Below, in pieces: positions 26,572 to 37,214 of a DNA stretch of 64,000 nt (position 1 is its first letter; the number at the start of each line of letters is the position of its first letter). The stretch lies in NCBI GenBank assembly GCA_002691465.1, contig NZHP01000028.1, positions 5,263 through 69,262 on the forward strand, written 5' to 3'. The position numbers and the translations under genes are program-made. Below the pieces are notes generated by a model, which was not told the origin of the DNA, searched no databases, and was given only the letters and a program-made list of their open reading frames with translations. Origin of the DNA: Gammaproteobacteria bacterium. Lineage in GTDB: Bacteria > Pseudomonadota > Gammaproteobacteria > Steroidobacterales > UBA11654.

Positions 26572-27861
26572 TTGGTTCCAGATCTTGGTGATTTCAATGA
26601 CGTAGAAGTCGTGGAGATGCATGTAGATTCAGGGGATAGCCTCAACATAGATGATCCAATTTTAACTCTTGAGACCGAAAAAGCAGCGATGGATATTCCG
26701 AGCCCTTCTACAGGCAAGGTCATTGAAGTTTATGTTCAAAATGGAGATAAAATTAATCAGGGGGATGACTTATGTTTGATCGAGCTCGAGGAATCTAAAA
26801 AATCTGAAGCAAAAGAGAAAGAGATCACAAAAGCAGATACTGAGGAAGAGCCAATAGAAATAAAAAAATCTCCTCAAGTCTCTCAGGTTCAGAACCCAGA
26901 TGCTCAAGGTCAAAAAAGTGATCGGCAATTTTTCAATACTTCATTCAATTCTGTTCATGCCAGTCCTTCAGTCAGAAAATTATCTCGTGAGCTGGGTGTA
27001 GACTTAAATCAAGTCAATGGATCTGGAATGAAAGGACGTATTCTTCCAGACGATCTCAAATCTTTTGTCAAAGGAGTTATGAGTGGGCAAAATGCTCCTG
27101 CTCAATCTGCGCTTCCGGAGTTACCTATAGTTGATCATTCTGCATTTGGCGAAATTGAGAGCGTACCCTTGAGCCGAATAAAAAAGATTTCAGGACCTCG
27201 ACTTCAAGCCAGTTGGATCAATATTCCTCATGTTACCCAACATGATGAAGCTGATATAAATCAGCTGGAACAACAGCGTTTAGATTTAAAAAAATCGTAT
27301 AAATCTGAAGGCATATCTTTGTCTATTCTTCCATTCATTATTTTGGCTGTTTGTAAGTTATTAAAGGAAATGCCTGATTTTAATTCATCTTTGGATCAAG
27401 AGAATTCATCACTTATCCATAAAAAATACATAAACATAGGATTTGCGGCAAACACCGACCAAGGGCTAATGGTTCCTGTAATTAAAGATGCAGATCAGAA
27501 AAATTTAAAAGAAATATCGCAAGAGCTTGTCAAGTTGAGCGAAGATGCCAGAAGTGGAAAGATTAAATTAGAAGATCTTCAAGGCGGGACTTTCACGATA
27601 TCAAGTTTAGGTGGCTTTGGAGGGGTGGGATTTACACCGATAATTAATCCTCCCGAAGTTGCTATACTCGGTGTCGCTCGCGCCCAAATAAGACCAATCA
27701 TGATCAAAGGAAAATTCTTGCCTAGACTCATTCTCCCGCTTTCACTTTCTTATGACCATCGAGTGATTGATGGCGTTGGCGGCATTCAATTTACAACAGC
27801 CTTAAAGGGATTGCTTGAGAGTCCCGAGTTATTTCTGCCAGAAGAGGTGAAGAATGGCTGA
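26572..27861 (+). CDS. aceF: dihydrolipoyllysine-residue acetyltransferase (2-oxoacid dehydrogenase E2, single lipoyl domain)
   Basis: Lipoyl site LETEKAAMDIPS, E3-binding domain ASPSVRKLSRELGVDL, catalytic SLSYDHRVIDG. Start ambiguous (TTG 26572, or ATC 26551 behind a strong SD). Confidence 0.85.
   Translation: MVPDLGDFNDVEVVEMHVDSGDSLNIDDPILTLETEKAAMDIPSPSTGKVIEVYVQNGDKINQGDDLCLIELEESKKSEAKEKEITKADTEEEPIEIKKSPQVSQVQNPDAQGQKSDRQFFNTSFNSVHASPSVRKLSRELGVDLNQVNGSGMKGRILPDDLKSFVKGVMSGQNAPAQSALPELPIVDHSAFGEIESVPLSRIKKISGPRLQASWINIPHVTQHDEADINQLEQQRLDLKKSYKSEGISLSILPFIILAVCKLLKEMPDFNSSLDQENSSLIHKKYINIGFAANTDQGLMVPVIKDADQKNLKEISQELVKLSEDARSGKIKLEDLQGGTFTISSLGGFGGVGFTPIINPPEVAILGVARAQIRPIMIKGKFLPRLILPLSLSYDHRVIDGVGGIQFTTALKGLLESPELFLPEEVKNG
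26578..26694 (+). repeat. lipoyl-domain coding segment, copy 1 (paralogous to 27872-27988)
   Basis: By-eye DNA alignment: ccagatcttggtgatttcaatgacgtagaagtcgtggagatgcatgta...ttaactcttgagaccgaaaaagcagcgatggat versus copy 2. Confidence 0.6.
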
Positions 27862-29587
27862 GATAAGAATTCCCGATCTTGGTGATTTTGACGAAGTTGA
27901 AGTGGTGGAGGTGCATGTAAAAGAAGGCGATAGTGTCAAGGAAGGAGATCCAATATTAACCCTTGAGACCGAAAAGGCCGCGATGGATGTTCAAAGTAAC
28001 GTTTCCGGCGTCGTAGAGAAAGTTTCTGTGAGCCTCGGGGAAAAAGTTTCGAATGGTGATTTAGTGAGCACTGTATTAGCTGAATCAGACACTGATAAAA
28101 AGCATGAACCCATCGAAAAGGAAGAAGAGCCAAATCGTAAAAATGAATCCACCAATCCAGTAAAAAAATCAACAGATTCAAATTATGATTACAATCTCAT
28201 TGTGATCGGTGCTGGACCAGGCGGTTATGCCGCAGCATTCAGAGCATCCGATTTAGGTCTAAAAGTCGCTTTAGTCGATAAGAATTCAGATTTAGGCGGG
28301 GTTTGCCTTAATGTAGGATGCATTCCTTCCAAAGCTTTTCTTCATGCGGCGAAGATTTTAGATGACTCAAAAGATGCAGCGGTTAGTGGAATAAAATTCA
28401 ATGAACCAGAAATCGATCTATCCAAAATGAAGGGGTGGAAAAACAAAATCATTGGAGGATTAACCAATGGACTGGAAAGTTTAGCAAAACAAAGAAATGT
28501 CGATGTGATTCAAGGCAATGCAACATTCTCATCAAGGAATGAGATTGCAATTAACCATCAAGGCGAATCACAGACGTTTTCATCCGAGCAATTCATCATT
28601 GCTGTCGGGTCTGAGCCAGCTGTGCTCAATTTTATGCCTGATGATCCTAGGATTATAGATTCGACCGGAGCATTGGAGCCGAGTGAAATTCCATCAAATA
28701 TCTTAATCATCGGGGGAGGAATCATTGGCCTTGAAATGGCAACCATATACTCTGCCCTAGGCAGCGAAGTGACAATCGTTGAACTAACCAAGGATTTAAT
28801 GCCTGGAACGGATCGAGATCTTGTGAGACCACTAGAAAAAGTTCTGAAAAAGAAGTGCGATAAGATCATGAAATCAACCCAAGTGGTTTCTGCCAAAGCC
28901 ACAGATGATGGCATCAATATATCCTTCAAGCAGGACGAAGAAGAATTCAGCGAGGTATTTCAGAATGTCCTTGTTGCAGTTGGAAGGAAATCAAACGGCC
29001 ATCTTCTTGGTCTGAATGAGATAGGCGTGAATATCGATGATCAAGGCATCATCAAGGTCGATCAACAATTCAAAACCAATGTCGAATCAATACATGCCAT
29101 TGGCGATGTGATAGGCGAGCCCATGTTGGCACATAAAGCTAGCTATGAAGGCAAAGTTGCTGCTGAGGTAACAGCAGGACAAAGAGTCAGCAATGATGCC
29201 AGATGCATCCCTTCTGTTGCCTATACTGATCCAGAGGTTGCTTGGGTAGGGCTTTCAGAAGATGAATGCAAAGCCAAAGGGATGAATTATGGAAAAGGTG
29301 TCTTTCCCTGGTCAGCCAGCGGAAGGTCACTAACAATCGGAAGAAACGAAGGCATGACCAAGTTGCTTTTTAATAATTCAACCAAAAAAGTCATTGGGGG
29401 AGGGATCGTTGGACCGAATGCTGGTGACTTGATTTCAGAAATTGCTTTGGCTATTGAGATGGATTGCGACGTGAATGACGTTGCATTGACTGTTCATCCA
29501 CATCCCACGCTATCCGAAACAGTCGCCATGGCAGCAGAAGTTTTTGAGGGAACCATCACGGATTTATACCTTAAACCCAGCAAATGA
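27854..29587 (+). CDS. lpdA: dihydrolipoyl dehydrogenase (E3) with N-terminal lipoyl domain
   Basis: 577 aa. N-terminal lipoyl domain (LETEKAAMDVQS), FAD loop GAGPGGY, redox disulfide GGVCLNVGCIPSK, C-terminal HPHPTLSE. Confidence 0.9.
   Translation: MAEIRIPDLGDFDEVEVVEVHVKEGDSVKEGDPILTLETEKAAMDVQSNVSGVVEKVSVSLGEKVSNGDLVSTVLAESDTDKKHEPIEKEEEPNRKNESTNPVKKSTDSNYDYNLIVIGAGPGGYAAAFRASDLGLKVALVDKNSDLGGVCLNVGCIPSKAFLHAAKILDDSKDAAVSGIKFNEPEIDLSKMKGWKNKIIGGLTNGLESLAKQRNVDVIQGNATFSSRNEIAINHQGESQTFSSEQFIIAVGSEPAVLNFMPDDPRIIDSTGALEPSEIPSNILIIGGGIIGLEMATIYSALGSEVTIVELTKDLMPGTDRDLVRPLEKVLKKKCDKIMKSTQVVSAKATDDGINISFKQDEEEFSEVFQNVLVAVGRKSNGHLLGLNEIGVNIDDQGIIKVDQQFKTNVESIHAIGDVIGEPMLAHKASYEGKVAAEVTAGQRVSNDARCIPSVAYTDPEVAWVGLSEDECKAKGMNYGKGVFPWSASGRSLTIGRNEGMTKLLFNNSTKKVIGGGIVGPNAGDLISEIALAIEMDCDVNDVALTVHPHPTLSETVAMAAEVFEGTITDLYLKPSK
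27872..27988 (+). repeat. lipoyl-domain coding segment, copy 2 (paralogous to 26578-26694)
   Basis: cccgatcttggtgattttgacgaagttgaagtggtggaggtgcatgta...ttaacccttgagaccgaaaaggccgcgatggat. Same length (117 nt), and most positions are identical to copy 1. Confidence 0.6.
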
Positions 29588-29593
29588 TTAATT

Positions 29594-30742
29594 TTACGCT
29601 GTTTTGTTTCTGAAGAGTAAAAAGTAAATCAGAATTGACAATGCAATGAATGCTCCAGAAAAATAGTTAATCAGCGAGGGGTTGCCGCTATTTAGGAGAG
29701 ATGCAATGACCGCATGACCGATTGAAATTCCTCCCAATTGTGAAGCGGGAATCATGACCGAGTAATTTCCAGATTTATCAACTCCTGCAATCATGCCCAT
29801 TAAAAATGGGCCAACGAAGTTCCAAGCAACTTGAAAGCAAACAGCTCTGAGTGTAAAACCGATCCAGCTAATTTCTCCGGTAAAACTCAATATGATCAAT
29901 ATTTGGACCGCTAGCGCCCCAAAAATTGCATGAGACCGGTCTACTTTGTCAATTAGGAATGAAGCCGAAATTGGACCAATGATACTCATTGCTGTGCTGA
30001 TGAATAAGGCTCTTCCGATGGCATCGCCGGTTAAATCATTATCTATTCCATATGGAACCAGGTTATTGAAAAATGGACCGACACCCATTTGCCAAATGAT
30101 CATGATCAATAGACCTATAATTGGTAATAAGACAATCTTTGATGATTCATTGGGATTGGAAACATTGACATCTTGCTGGTTTCCGTCAGACAGGTAGGTC
30201 ACAAAGAAAAGGCCAATAGCAGCCAGACCAATGGCGGGAATAATCATCCCTGAGATTCCATATTTTGTCATTGCGATTGGAACCAGAAGTGCAGTTAAAG
30301 ATCCCATGATCACTTGAGCCGCGACACTGTAAGCAAAGTTTTGGTCTGGATTATTTGTGCGGCCAATGGCAGCCACGCCAAGCGAAAAACAGACGCCATG
30401 CCCAAAGAGTCCCGTTATGAATCGAATAGCAACCAATAATGAAAATGAATTCTCATCAAAAGATCCAATGCTTGATAGAAGGTTCCCTATGATAATGATC
30501 GCGATTCCAAAATATGCGATATTTTCCCATCTGTATTTTTGTATCCAAAAGAAACCCAGCATTGAAGACAATGCCATACCCGCGATCTCGGCAGAAGACA
30601 CTAAGTTGGCTTGCGATTGACTGAACCCCAGCTCAGAAATAATACCGCCAACAAAAAAAGGCATTCCAAAAACAAAGAAAACACCCACACAACTAATCAT
30701 GATGGCTGCAAAGACTTCAATTTTTTTATCTGTCATAGGCAT
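29594..30742 (-). CDS. MFS-type transporter
   Basis: 382 aa, about 12 hydrophobic segments in two halves. No specific substrate signature recognised. Confidence 0.7.
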   Translation of the reverse strand: MPMTDKKIEVFAAIMISCVGVFFVFGMPFFVGGIISELGFSQSQANLVSSAEIAGMALSSMLGFFWIQKYRWENIAYFGIAIIIIGNLLSSIGSFDENSFSLLVAIRFITGLFGHGVCFSLGVAAIGRTNNPDQNFAYSVAAQVIMGSLTALLVPIAMTKYGISGMIIPAIGLAAIGLFFVTYLSDGNQQDVNVSNPNESSKIVLLPIIGLLIMIIWQMGVGPFFNNLVPYGIDNDLTGDAIGRALFISTAMSIIGPISASFLIDKVDRSHAIFGALAVQILIILSFTGEISWIGFTLRAVCFQVAWNFVGPFLMGMIAGVDKSGNYSVMIPASQLGGISIGHAVIASLLNSGNPSLINYFSGAFIALSILIYFLLFRNKTA

Positions 30743-30768
30743 ACAATTATTATGCTACATTTGGTTTT

Positions 30769-31422
30769 ATGAATAAATCAGAGAGGGCAAAATTTATCAT
30801 AAATGCTTTAAATGAAGCATATCCCGAAACGCCAATCCCACTCAATCATCAAGATGTTTATACTTTATTGATTGCAGTCTTACTGTCCGCACAGTGCACT
30901 GACAAAAGGGTCAATGAGGTCACACCAAAACTTTTTGCTTTGGCATCCGATCCTCTCTCGATGACTAAGTTATCGATTGAGTCCATCTATGAGATTATTA
31001 AACCTTGCGGCTTAGGCCCAAAAAAATCAAAAGCAATCAGTGATTTATCGCATATTTTGGTCCATGAGTATGATCAAAAAGTTCCTCAAACGTTTAAGGA
31101 ATTAGAACAACTGCCAGGCGTTGGACACAAAACGGCCTCAGTGGTTATGAGTCAAGGCTTTGGATATCCTGCATTTCCTGTGGATACCCATATTCATCGT
31201 TTGGCTCATCGATGGGGATTAAGCAATGGGAAGAATGTACAGAAGACAGAGAGGGATCTGAAAAGCATTTTTCCTGAAGCAGCATGGAATAGACTCCATC
31301 TGCAAATCATTTATTGGGGGAGGGAACATTGTCAAGCAAGGGCTTGCTTAGGTCTTGAATGCCGCATTTGTAAAACTTGCTATCCAAAAAGGAAGAATCC
31401 CATTAGACACAAACGAGGATAG
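30769..31422 (+). CDS. nth: endonuclease III
   Basis: 217 aa. HhH-GPD motif LPGVGHKTASVV, DTHIHRL, C-terminal Cys cluster. Confidence 0.9.
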   Translation: MNKSERAKFIINALNEAYPETPIPLNHQDVYTLLIAVLLSAQCTDKRVNEVTPKLFALASDPLSMTKLSIESIYEIIKPCGLGPKKSKAISDLSHILVHEYDQKVPQTFKELEQLPGVGHKTASVVMSQGFGYPAFPVDTHIHRLAHRWGLSNGKNVQKTERDLKSIFPEAAWNRLHLQIIYWGREHCQARACLGLECRICKTCYPKRKNPIRHKRG

Positions 31423-31425
31423 TAA

Positions 31426-31767
31426 TCAGCTGACTCTCTGTCCAGGTTTTGCTCCATCATCTGGTGAAATTAAAAAGACGCCCGAATCATCATCGCCAGA
31501 TGCTAGCAACATCCCTTCGGATACACCAAAGCGCATTTTTCTTGGCTTCAGGTTGGCAACAACGACGATCAGTTTTCCAATTAGTTCCGAGGGATCGTAA
31601 TATCCTTTGATGCCTGCAAAAATCGTTCTTTCCTCTGAGCCGATATCCACTCTGATTTCGAGAAGTTTATCGGCTTCTTCAACATCTTTTGCGTCAACGA
31701 TTCTAGCTACCCTCAAGTCTACATTGATGAATTCATCAAAATTTATAATGTTTTCTTCGTTACTCAT
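31426..31767 (-). CDS. stand-alone tRNA-binding domain (equivalent to the MetRS C-terminal EMAPII/Trbp111-like domain)
   Basis: 113 aa. [24 protein letters not shown]...[19 protein letters not shown] aligns with the C-terminal domain of E. coli MetG. Its ATG overlaps the metG TGA (ATGA). Confidence 0.85.
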   Translation of the reverse strand: MSNEENIINFDEFINVDLRVARIVDAKDVEEADKLLEIRVDIGSEERTIFAGIKGYYDPSELIGKLIVVVANLKPRKMRFGVSEGMLLASGDDDSGVFLISPDDGAKPGQRVS

Positions 31768-33398
31768 TTTTTTATTATCCTTTCAATATCTTCCTCATTG
31801 ATTCTATAGAGTAGGCTTTCATAATTTTTGATTTTATGATTTTTGATCACATCTGAGATATTTGACCAGTCAAGATCAGATAAGTTCATAAATGATTCTA
31901 CATTATTTGCAACATCAGGCATCACGGGTTTTAGCATGATGGATAATTTTACAAATATATTGAGTGCATTGGTACAAACCCTTTGCACATTCTCTTTTTC
32001 CTTTTCACTTTTGATCATGATCCATGGTTTTTCTTGATCCAAATATTGATTCGCCTTGTCAGCCAAAAGCATAATTTTCCTCATTGATTGACCAAATTCA
32101 CGATTTTGATAGTGCGCTTTTATTTCATCGGCCTTTAAATCGAACGTTTTCATTAAATCCTCATCAATATCTTTAGATAAGTGATTATCAAAATGTTCTC
32201 TGATGAACTTTGAACTTCTACTGGCAATATTGATCCATTTTCCAATCAAATCTGCGTTTATCCTATTTTCAAAATCAGCTGTATCCAGATCAAAGTCATC
32301 GATACCTGAGGAACTCTTATATGCAAAATAATAACGAAGATATTCTGGATCTAGATGATCCAGATACGTCCTGGCCTTAATAAAGGTTCCTCTTGATTTA
32401 GACATCTTCTCACCGTTCACTGTTAAGAAGCCATTCACATAAATTGCATCAGGTTTTTTGAGACCGGCACCATCCAATACAGCAGGCCAAAAAAGAGCAT
32501 GGAAATATATGATATCTTTTCCAATGAAATGGACCATGTGTGTATTTGAATCATTATGAATATAATCTTCGAACTTAAGATCGGAATTATCTGATAGGTT
32601 TTTTAGGGATGCAAAATAACCAATTGGTGCATCCAACCAGACATAAAAGTATTTTTTCTCCTCACCTGGAATAAGAAAGCCAAAGTAGGGGTCGTCTCTT
32701 GAAATATCCCAATCTCTTAAACCGACTTCAAACCATTCCTTCAATTTTGAATTAACAGATGAGTGTATATCGATCGTTTCAATCCATTCACTGAGCATAC
32801 TTTCAAACATTCCCAGTTTCATAAAGTAGTGCTCCGATTCTTTCAAGCTTGGTGCTTTTCCAGATAGTACAGAAACTGGATCAATCAGGTCGGTTGGCTT
32901 ATATGTCGCACCACATTTTTCACAATTGTCACCATATTGATCAGCCGCATTGCATTTGGGACATGTACCTCTGACATAACGATCGGGTAGAAACATACCC
33001 TCCTGTTCATCATAAGCTTGCTCAATCACTTCAGTTCTTATGCAGTCATTCTCTTTGAGTTTCCCATAAATTTCCCTGACCAAGCTTTCATTTTCATTTG
33101 AATGAGTGGTGTGATAATTATCAAAAGACACATGGAAGTCTTTAAAATCATTTTCATGTTGACGGGTATATTCCAATGCAAGTTCTTCTGGCTCAACCCC
33201 TAAATCTTCAGCGCTCAGCATGATTGGAGTTCCATGCGCATCACTCGCACAAACAAAAACCACATCATGTCCTTGCATTCTTAGAAATCTAGACCAAATA
33301 TCAGCTTGAATATAACCAACCATATGACCGATATGAATGGGGCCATTAGCATAAGGCAAAGCATTGGTTACAAAAATTTTTTTATTTTCAAGACTCAT
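31764..33398 (-). CDS. metG: methionyl-tRNA synthetase, catalytic core only (544 aa)
   Basis: HIGH (PIHIGHM), KMSKS (GEKMSKSRG), Zn knuckles [18 protein letters not shown]. Ends ...ERIIKK* at the linker. Confidence 0.9.
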   Translation of the reverse strand: MSLENKKIFVTNALPYANGPIHIGHMVGYIQADIWSRFLRMQGHDVVFVCASDAHGTPIMLSAEDLGVEPEELALEYTRQHENDFKDFHVSFDNYHTTHSNENESLVREIYGKLKENDCIRTEVIEQAYDEQEGMFLPDRYVRGTCPKCNAADQYGDNCEKCGATYKPTDLIDPVSVLSGKAPSLKESEHYFMKLGMFESMLSEWIETIDIHSSVNSKLKEWFEVGLRDWDISRDDPYFGFLIPGEEKKYFYVWLDAPIGYFASLKNLSDNSDLKFEDYIHNDSNTHMVHFIGKDIIYFHALFWPAVLDGAGLKKPDAIYVNGFLTVNGEKMSKSRGTFIKARTYLDHLDPEYLRYYFAYKSSSGIDDFDLDTADFENRINADLIGKWINIASRSSKFIREHFDNHLSKDIDEDLMKTFDLKADEIKAHYQNREFGQSMRKIMLLADKANQYLDQEKPWIMIKSEKEKENVQRVCTNALNIFVKLSIMLKPVMPDVANNVESFMNLSDLDWSNISDVIKNHKIKNYESLLYRINEEDIERIIKK

Positions 33399-33413
33399 GA
33401 TATTTGGAACATT

Positions 33414-35891
33414 TTACCTGAGTTTCATTAACAACACAGGCAGCAGTGTTAAATTAGCAAATAAAGCGAGCAACATCGCAAAAGCAGTGAACAGACCAAA
33501 ATAAATAGTCGGGATGAAATTAGAAAAAGCGAGTATTGAAAATCCCAAGATAATAATCACCGAGGTGAAATAGATCGCTTGTCCAGTACTATTATGTGCT
33601 TTATGTACGGCAATGCTAATGTCTGCATCATTAGACAATTCTTCTCTGAAACGGTGAACATAGTGAATCGAATGATCAACACCAATACCGATACATATTG
33701 CAGCAATTGTAATGGTCATGATATCAAGCGGTATATTCATCAGACCCATTAAACCCAAGACTGAAGAAGACGCAATGACGCTCGGAATCACTGCAATAAC
33801 AGCAAATTTTATGGATCGAAATAAGAATAAGAACATCATCATGATTGCGACAAAAACAAATCCAATAGTAAGAATTTGTGAGGTGATTAGACTCTCTAGG
33901 ACATTGTTATATAAGACCAACATTCCTGTAAGTTTCACCTGAGAATCTTTCAGACCAATTTCATTCGATAAGTCATGCTTGATTTTCTTTAATAGCTCAC
34001 CTCTCTGTAGGTCAGGGTATGACTCAAAGACTCTGAAAGAGATTCTAAGCTGATTCCCATCTTCTGAGAGATATGGGTCAAAAAGTGCTTCTTTTACGTC
34101 TTCTGGTACTTTCTTATAGAGAACGGAAAGAAAGAAAGTATCAATTTCATCACCATCGTTTAAGGTTTCTAAGACATCCATTGTTGTGTCAAATGAAATA
34201 ACTTTTCCTGCTTCATTCAATGATTCAAGATAATCATGAACAGCCTCGATGGTCTTCAGTCGATAGGAGTTATACCAATAGCTGTCACCACCAATGTCAT
34301 ATTCATCGTCTTCTTCAAAAAAAACCTCATCAAAAAAATCATCTTGTATCATTCCTTCATCATCATCGTTGAAGAAATCAGGATCAGCTTCAATAATGAT
34401 ATCCAGAGGCGTTGTGCCACCGAGTTTTGAGTCAATAACAGTCAAGCCTTGAAAAATCTCAGTGTCTTCCTTAAAAGCTTTGATGAACTGATTTTCAGCC
34501 GTCAACTTTGTAATGCCAGAAATACTGATTGCGAACATGATTGTAAAAAAAGCAATAATTTGAAGAGGTTTACGAATCACAAGATTCGCAAAAGCCTTTG
34601 TCAGCAGATGGCTTTTTTCTTTTTTCTCATCGTGATCAATTTTTAAGAAAAGGCTTAATAGCGCTGGAAAGAGGTTAAAGACCAAAATAAAAATTACACC
34701 CATGCTGATTAGCATCATCCACCCAAAGTCGATCACTGGTCTGATACCTGCGATCAATAGAGAACCAAATCCAACCATTGTTGTGATTGTCGTAAATAGA
34801 CACGGTTCGAATTTATCGCGCATAGTCATCATGACCAATGATGAATGATCTTTATCAGGATATAGCTTAACAAGCTCACGGTAGCGAACGGTGAGATGAA
34901 CAGTAATTGAAAGACTGAAAATTAATAACAGAGCCACAAAATTTGCCGAAACTACAGTAACCGGCCACGACATGTAACCCAATACACCAGTCATGATAAG
35001 CAAACCAACAACGCAACAAATCATTGAAATAAACATCCATTGTGGGTTTTTGAATATCACCAAGAGTGCAATCACAAGAAACATCAAGATGAGTAATCCA
35101 AATACTTCGATATCACTTTGAATATAATCGATCATGTCTACCGTGATCATCGGTACACCACCAAGGAATATTTCAGCGGATGATTTATATTTATCCAAGA
35201 CTGTTCTCACATCTGAAACCATGATGGCAGTTTCGTTCCTTTCAGCCTTTCTTAACCTTTTTACTTCTGAAGTAAATCGACCGAGCTCTGCTAATTCTGC
35301 TGAAGAAAGCTCAGAGTCTAATCTTTTTGCTCTGAGCGTATCCCTTTGATCAATTAAATCCTCCAGTTCATTATTTAATCTAATGTTAAGGAGCATTGCG
35401 GTTGTTTTGGCATCTTCGCTGATGATTAGATTTTGATATAAATTGCTGGTAGTGAGCTCAATTTTTGCCAGCTCTCTATCGGTTTCTGGACTTAAGTAAG
35501 TTGGAGCTGAATCAGCTATCTCAGCAAGACTCTTTGGCGGTGATTTAAGTAATGGAACATCCAAAATACTAACGACAGATTCAATTTGTTCCAATTTAGA
35601 TAGGTCATTTTTAAGGTTTGTTAACAGATCAATATTTTTTTCGTCAAATAAATCACCTTTGGGGCTAATGGTGACAACTAAAAACTCATCGTCACCATAC
35701 CTTGCCTTGATGTTTCTGTAGTATCGCAAATCTTCATCATTCTCGAGTAATAATGAATCTGACGATGCATCAAGTTCAAAATATTGGATGTTGTATGAAA
35801 AAAATCCTAAAAACGAAACGACCAACATGATCGTAATAAACGGATTCATGGTTGGTTTTTCCAATAGCCAATTGATGATTTTTTTTAACAT
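33414..35891 (-). CDS. RND-superfamily (MMPL/HpnN-like) exporter
   Basis: 825 aa. Two repeats of a TM bundle plus a large periplasmic loop. Typical MMPL-like architecture. Confidence 0.8.
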   Translation of the reverse strand: MLKKIINWLLEKPTMNPFITIMLVVSFLGFFSYNIQYFELDASSDSLLLENDEDLRYYRNIKARYGDDEFLVVTISPKGDLFDEKNIDLLTNLKNDLSKLEQIESVVSILDVPLLKSPPKSLAEIADSAPTYLSPETDRELAKIELTTSNLYQNLIISEDAKTTAMLLNIRLNNELEDLIDQRDTLRAKRLDSELSSAELAELGRFTSEVKRLRKAERNETAIMVSDVRTVLDKYKSSAEIFLGGVPMITVDMIDYIQSDIEVFGLLILMFLVIALLVIFKNPQWMFISMICCVVGLLIMTGVLGYMSWPVTVVSANFVALLLIFSLSITVHLTVRYRELVKLYPDKDHSSLVMMTMRDKFEPCLFTTITTMVGFGSLLIAGIRPVIDFGWMMLISMGVIFILVFNLFPALLSLFLKIDHDEKKEKSHLLTKAFANLVIRKPLQIIAFFTIMFAISISGITKLTAENQFIKAFKEDTEIFQGLTVIDSKLGGTTPLDIIIEADPDFFNDDDEGMIQDDFFDEVFFEEDDEYDIGGDSYWYNSYRLKTIEAVHDYLESLNEAGKVISFDTTMDVLETLNDGDEIDTFFLSVLYKKVPEDVKEALFDPYLSEDGNQLRISFRVFESYPDLQRGELLKKIKHDLSNEIGLKDSQVKLTGMLVLYNNVLESLITSQILTIGFVFVAIMMMFLFLFRSIKFAVIAVIPSVIASSSVLGLMGLMNIPLDIMTITIAAICIGIGVDHSIHYVHRFREELSNDADISIAVHKAHNSTGQAIYFTSVIIILGFSILAFSNFIPTIYFGLFTAFAMLLALFANLTLLPVLLMKLR

Positions 35892-35988
35892 TTCTTTATC
35901 TTACTCTTACTGGTGCATGTCTAAATTTTAGTGCATCATACTATCTACAATAAATAGTTTAATTTATTTCTATTAATTATCTCGGACA

Positions 35989-36555
35989 ATGACGATTAAA
36001 TCTGATAAATGGATCAAAGAAATGGCATCAAATCATGGGATGATTGAGCCTTATGCAGAATCTCAAATTAGGCATTCAGATGGGAATGATCTAATCTCTT
36101 ATGGCACATCAAGCTTTGGTTACGATGTTCGATGTGCGACTGAATTTAAAGTTTTTACAAATATAAATTCAGCCATTGTAGACCCCAAGTCATTTGATGA
36201 AAATAGTTTTGTTAACTTTGATTCTGATATATGTATTATTCCTCCGAATTCATTTGCATTGGCAAGAACAATTGAGTATTTCAGGATACCGAGAAATGTT
36301 TTGACCATTTGCTTGGGTAAATCTACTTACGCACGTTGTGGAATTATTGTGAATGTTACACCTCTGGAACCTGAGTGGGAAGGTCATGTCACTCTAGAGT
36401 TTTCAAATACAACACCATTACCAGCAAAGATATATGCGAATGAAGGCGTTGCCCAGATGATATTTCTTGAATCTGATGAAGACTGCGAGGAATCGTATCG
36501 AGATCGAAAAGGAAAGTATCAGGGCCAAACAGGCGTTACATTACCCAAAACCTAG
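35989..36555 (+). CDS. dcd: dCTP deaminase
   Basis: 188 aa. [12 protein letters not shown]..., [33 protein letters not shown]. Confidence 0.9.
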   Translation: MTIKSDKWIKEMASNHGMIEPYAESQIRHSDGNDLISYGTSSFGYDVRCATEFKVFTNINSAIVDPKSFDENSFVNFDSDICIIPPNSFALARTIEYFRIPRNVLTICLGKSTYARCGIIVNVTPLEPEWEGHVTLEFSNTTPLPAKIYANEGVAQMIFLESDEDCEESYRDRKGKYQGQTGVTLPKT

Positions 36556-37214
36556 TTTTTCATTACAATGCTCGGCTTCAAAAGCACTTTGTTATCTAGG
36601 TAAACCTTCTCAGAATCAAAGATCAACCTTTTTTCACAAAACCATTTAATTGCTTTCGAGTATATGATGTACTCACCTTGCTGTACTTTTTTCTGAAGTG
36701 AGTCACGATCATCATGTCTTTCAATTTCGAACTGATATTGAATGATCACTGGCCCTTCATCCAGCTCTGGGACCACAAAATGAACGCTTGCCCCATGTAA
36801 TTCTTCACTATTATCAATTACTCTTTGATGTGTATTCAGCCCTTTATATTTAGGAAGTAAGGACGGATGTATGTTCAGAATTCTTCCTACAAATATGTTG
36901 CAAAAGTTTATATTCAGTATCTTCATGTAACCGGCCAAAATAATTAGATCCGGATTGATCGAAAGCATTTCTATTTCTAAAGATTCATCAAATTCTCTAC
37001 GATTTTTATACGTTGAGTAATCGATGATTTTTGTATCAATGCCTTCCCTTTTTGCCCTTTTAAGTCCCTTAGCTTTTGGATTATCTGAAATTACAGAAAC
37101 CAGCTCGATCTGGAGCATTTCATTATTGATATTTTCAATGATGGTTTGAAGGTTTGTTCCGCTGCCAGAAATTAAACAAACAGCCCTGCATTTTGGCTGA
37201 TCGCTATCAACCAT
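36552..37214 (-). CDS. purN: phosphoribosylglycinamide formyltransferase
   Basis: 220 aa. [31 protein letters not shown]. Confidence 0.9.
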   Translation of the reverse strand: MVDSDQPKCRAVCLISGSGTNLQTIIENINNEMLQIELVSVISDNPKAKGLKRAKREGIDTKIIDYSTYKNRREFDESLEIEMLSINPDLIILAGYMKILNINFCNIFVGRILNIHPSLLPKYKGLNTHQRVIDNSEELHGASVHFVVPELDEGPVIIQYQFEIERHDDRDSLQKKVQQGEYIIYSKAIKWFCEKRLIFDSEKVYLDNKVLLKPSIVMKN

